DNA of 64,000 nt from Candidatus Lustribacter sp. (GTDB lineage: Bacteria; Vulcanimicrobiota; Vulcanimicrobiia; Vulcanimicrobiales; Vulcanimicrobiaceae): the NCBI GenBank assembly GCA_965277805.1, contig OZ255842.1:1728001-1792000 (forward strand), in the 5' to 3' direction. How positions within the stretch are numbered: the first letter of the stretch is position 1; every line of letters starts with the position of its first letter. The translations under genes and the position numbers were made by a program. Under the pieces are notes generated by a model, which was given only the letters and a program-made list of their open reading frames with translations, was not told the origin of the DNA and searched no databases. Positions 62,550-64,000 of the stretch are shown in pieces.

Positions 62550-64000
62550 CTAGCCGCTCACCACCAGCGCATCGAGCGCGGTCACGCCTTCTCCTTCGGC
62601 GTGCACCATCAACGGGTTCACGTCGATCTCGACGATGTCGGGGACGGTGACCATCAGCCGGGCGATCGCCGTCACCGTTCGGGCCACCGCTGCGACGTCG
62701 GCCGCCGGCGCACCGCGGAAACCGTCGAGTAGTTTGGCCGAACGCAAGCGGCGCAGCGCCGCGACGATCTCGGCTTCGCTCGCGTCGCCGGGCAATAACT
62801 GCACGTCGCCGATCGCCTCAACCCAGATGCCGCCGAGCCCGAGCAGCAGCACGGTTCCCCATGCCGGATCGCGCTTGGCACCCACCATCAACTCGAGGCC
62901 GCGCGGCGACATCCGTTCGATCAGACCGCCGTCGAGCACGACGTCCGGAGCGGCGCGCGCAACATTGCGCATCATCGCATCCCACCCAGCGCGCAACGCT
63001 GCTTCATCGGCAAGGTTCAACATCACGCCGCCGGCTTCGGTCTTGTGCGCAAGGTTTGCCGCTTGCGCTTTGAGCGCAATCGGAAAGCCCACACGGCTCG
63101 CAATAGCCACCGCTTCATCCGCCGTGCGCGCTACGTCGCCGGCGGGTACGCGAATACCGGCTGCGGCGAGAATTCGTTTGCCAAACCACTCGGCTTGCGG
63201 GCCACTGCCGATCGGCGGAAGATTGGTCAACGGCGCATGCGTGACGCGATTGCGGGCCGCTGCGAGCGCGCGGCCGTAGCGCGTGTAGTTCGCAACGGTG
63301 CGCAACGAACGATCCGTCGAGCGCGAGAATACCGCCCGCGTCACCGCCACCGCCTCCGCAATGTGCGGAGCGAGCGGCGATCCGTCACCGAGCAACACGA
63401 GGATGACCGGCTTCTCCGAGCCCATCATTCCTTCGTTCATCTTGTGCACGGGCAAGCCCGACGCGGCCGAGATGAGCAGCATCCCCACGTTCGGATCGTC
63501 GAGCAGCGCGCGCGTCACCGCCGGCATATTTTCGGGCGGGCACGCGGTGGTCACGTCGAGCGGGTTGCGATAGGTATTGAATGCCGGCAGCAGTTCGGTC
63601 AGGCGCGTCACGGTGCTCGGCTCGAGCGCCGGAATGTCGAAATCGAGGTTATCGGCGACGTCGTTGACGATCGCGCAGATCGCACCGGAAGCGGTGAGAA
63701 TGCCCGGCCCTTTTTCGGGCGGCACCGGAAAGCGCGTGAGCACTTCGCTCGCGTCCATTAGTTCATCGATCGTGTCGACGATCAGGACGCCGGCGCGTTC
63801 GACGTGCGTGCGCATCGTCGCGTAATCACCCGTCAGCGAACCGGTGTGGGATTGCGCGGCCGCGCGTGCTTTGCTGCTGCGGCCGGGATGCAGCATCACG
63901 ATCGGCTTGCCGGCGGCGCGCGCACGGGCACATGCCGCTAAGAACGCCGCCGGTCGCAGAATCTGCTCCGCGTAGACCGCGATGCAGTTCGTCGCGCGAT
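62550..64000 (-). CDS. ADP-forming acyl-CoA synthetase (acetate--CoA ligase family); 5' end outside the window
   Basis: AQSHTGSL, NPLDV, HKTEAGGV, GLGGIWVE, EIDVNPL, ALDAL. Confidence 0.9.
   Translation of the reverse strand, partial: RATNCIAVYAEQILRPAAFLAACARARAAGKPIVMLHPGRSSKARAAAQSHTGSLTGDYATMRTHVERAGVLIVDTIDELMDASEVLTRFPVPPEKGPGILTASGAICAIVNDVADNLDFDIPALEPSTVTRLTELLPAFNTYRNPLDVTTACPPENMPAVTRALLDDPNVGMLLISAASGLPVHKMNEGMMGSEKPVILVLLGDGSPLAPHIAEAVAVTRAVFSRSTDRSLRTVANYTRYGRALAAARNRVTHAPLTNLPPIGSGPQAEWFGKRILAAAGIRVPAGDVARTADEAVAIASRVGFPIALKAQAANLAHKTEAGGVMLNLADEAALRAGWDAMMRNVARAAPDVVLDGGLIERMSPRGLELMVGAKRDPAWGTVLLLGLGGIWVEAIGDVQLLPGDASEAEIVAALRRLRSAKLLDGFRGAPAADVAAVARTVTAIARLMVTVPDIVEIDVNPLMVHAEGEGVTALDALVVSG

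Overview
High-GC bacterial chromosomal segment. Its Firmicutes-like housekeeping synteny, archaeal/eukaryote-type ProRS and Pro/Ser/Thr-rich lipoproteins would fit a Terrabacteria soil lineage such as Vulcanimicrobiota/Eremiobacterota, but this taxonomy is inferred and was not tested. Layout: (1) 0.1-11.8 kb, an accessory aromatic/N-heterocycle catabolic cluster (Mo-hydroxylase pair, substrate-binding protein, RutE-like nitroreductase, BNR beta-propeller, Rieske dioxygenase alpha/beta, alpha/beta hydrolase, LIV-type ABC transporter with fused permease) directly downstream of tRNA-Ser(GCT) and tRNA-Arg(ACG). (2) A hybrid histidine kinase. (3) A ~20 kb minus-strand housekeeping run (rpmE-prfA-prmC-pyrG-GT2-GT4-GT4-...-rpsU-yqeY-nfeD-floA-phoH-ybeY-dgkA-hlyC-cdd-recO-ruvX-mltG-DUF1292) in which five genes appear to start at ATC, ATT or CTG. 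(4) A tightly coupled operon: secreted protein, CoA-binding protein, LuxE-like, LuxC-like, class III aminotransferase, Gfo/Idh/MocA and SAM methyltransferase, with no luciferase. This is the best candidate for an undescribed acid-to-aldehyde-to-amine pathway. (5) glpX, a disulfide oxidoreductase, a split glutaminase plus nadE, a sirC-like gene and cinA. (6) A GT-C/GtrA/GT-C glycosylation cassette facing two paralogous modular lipoproteins, one carrying a PLD-like domain. (7) The proS-M16-amj operon, pduO, NUDIX, an MFS pump and an acyl-CoA synthetase cut by the window edge. A GTCATCCCGAGC palindromic repeat family occurs three times, twice inside coding ends. No CRISPR array, integrase, transposase or rRNA was seen. 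All product calls come from motif recognition by eye; no database search was run.
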